64,000 nucleotides of DNA from Amphiscolops sp. MND2022. Taxonomy: Eukaryota. A program made the position numbers and the translations under genes. The notes under the pieces are model-generated. The model saw only the letters and a program-made list of their open reading frames with translations, was not told where the DNA came from and did no database searches. This document shows, piece by piece, positions 63,801 through 64,000 of the stretch. Location: NCBI GenBank assembly GCA_964187785.1, contig OZ076409.1, forward strand, positions 74,278,001 through 74,342,000, given 5' to 3'. Every line of letters starts with the position of its first letter. The first letter of the stretch is position 1.

Positions 63801-64000
63801 GGAGTCTGTAGACAAATTTTGGTTCAGATTGGATGAAAAATGATTGAGTAATAGCCGCAAATTGGACGCATTTTGTCAAATTTTTTCGAAACCCCAGTCT
63901 ATCTCTGCCGTTTTTTGCCCAGATTTTTTTCTAGACCCTCTCCTAAAGGCCTCCCCTGGCCGAATTACCTCCCAGCAAAACCATTTGGCCCTAAATACGA
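60890..64000 (+). mobile_element. Array resumes after the autonomous element: units 60890-62176, 62177-63456 and partial 63457-64000
   Basis: Same termini and core sequence as the upstream 1.3-kb units. Confidence 0.85.

Larger units (their letters stand above)
1..64000 (+). repeat. Heterogeneous head-to-tail tandem array of Helitron-like elements (38 CTAG|GTG junctions, 37 complete units, partial units at both window edges)
   Basis: The last G of the junction CTAG falls at 1015, 2303, 3575, 4857, 6140, 7429, 9422, 11397, 12665, 14657, 16630, 18605, 20601, 21870, 23160, 24447, 25738, 27025, 28301, 29568, 30837, 32109, 33377, 34658, 35946, 37240, 38512, 39798, 41092, 42380, 43671, 44981, 46267, 47557, 48873, 60889, 62176 and 63456. 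Each is preceded by the GGCATGCCGAGGCATGCC palindrome and followed by GTG. Confidence 0.95.

Noticed and set aside
1..64000. Assembly artefact producing the repeats
   Set aside because: Units differ by many substitutions, include compensatory changes and form distinct subfamilies. Exact unit order should still be confirmed with long reads.

Overview
This looks like eukaryotic DNA, and the whole 64 kb is one head-to-tail, same-orientation array of related rolling-circle (Helitron/Helentron-like) elements with no recognisable host sequence between them. I count 38 junctions of the form [TCAACGCC repeats]-[20-nt palindrome GGGCATGCC-GA-GGCATGCCC]-about 40-50 nt-CTAG|GTG-about 30 nt-[hairpin with (T/G)AGGG(T/C) loop]. 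They delimit 37 complete units: 30 non-coding units of about 1.27-1.32 kb from several diverged subfamilies, 6 non-coding units of about 1.97-2.0 kb, and one 12.0-kb unit (48874-60889). The 12-kb unit carries an intact 2328-aa ORF with Cys-rich N-terminal region, HUH/Y2 Rep, PIF1-family helicase and a C-terminal, apparently degenerate SLX1-like GIY-YIG domain. Unit types are shuffled and switch within the shared CTAGGTG heptamer. This suggests (inference) a self-targeting system in which different elements integrate site-specifically at the family's own end-to-end junction and build a cassette-like array. All counts and coordinates were read by eye; no alignments or database searches were run.
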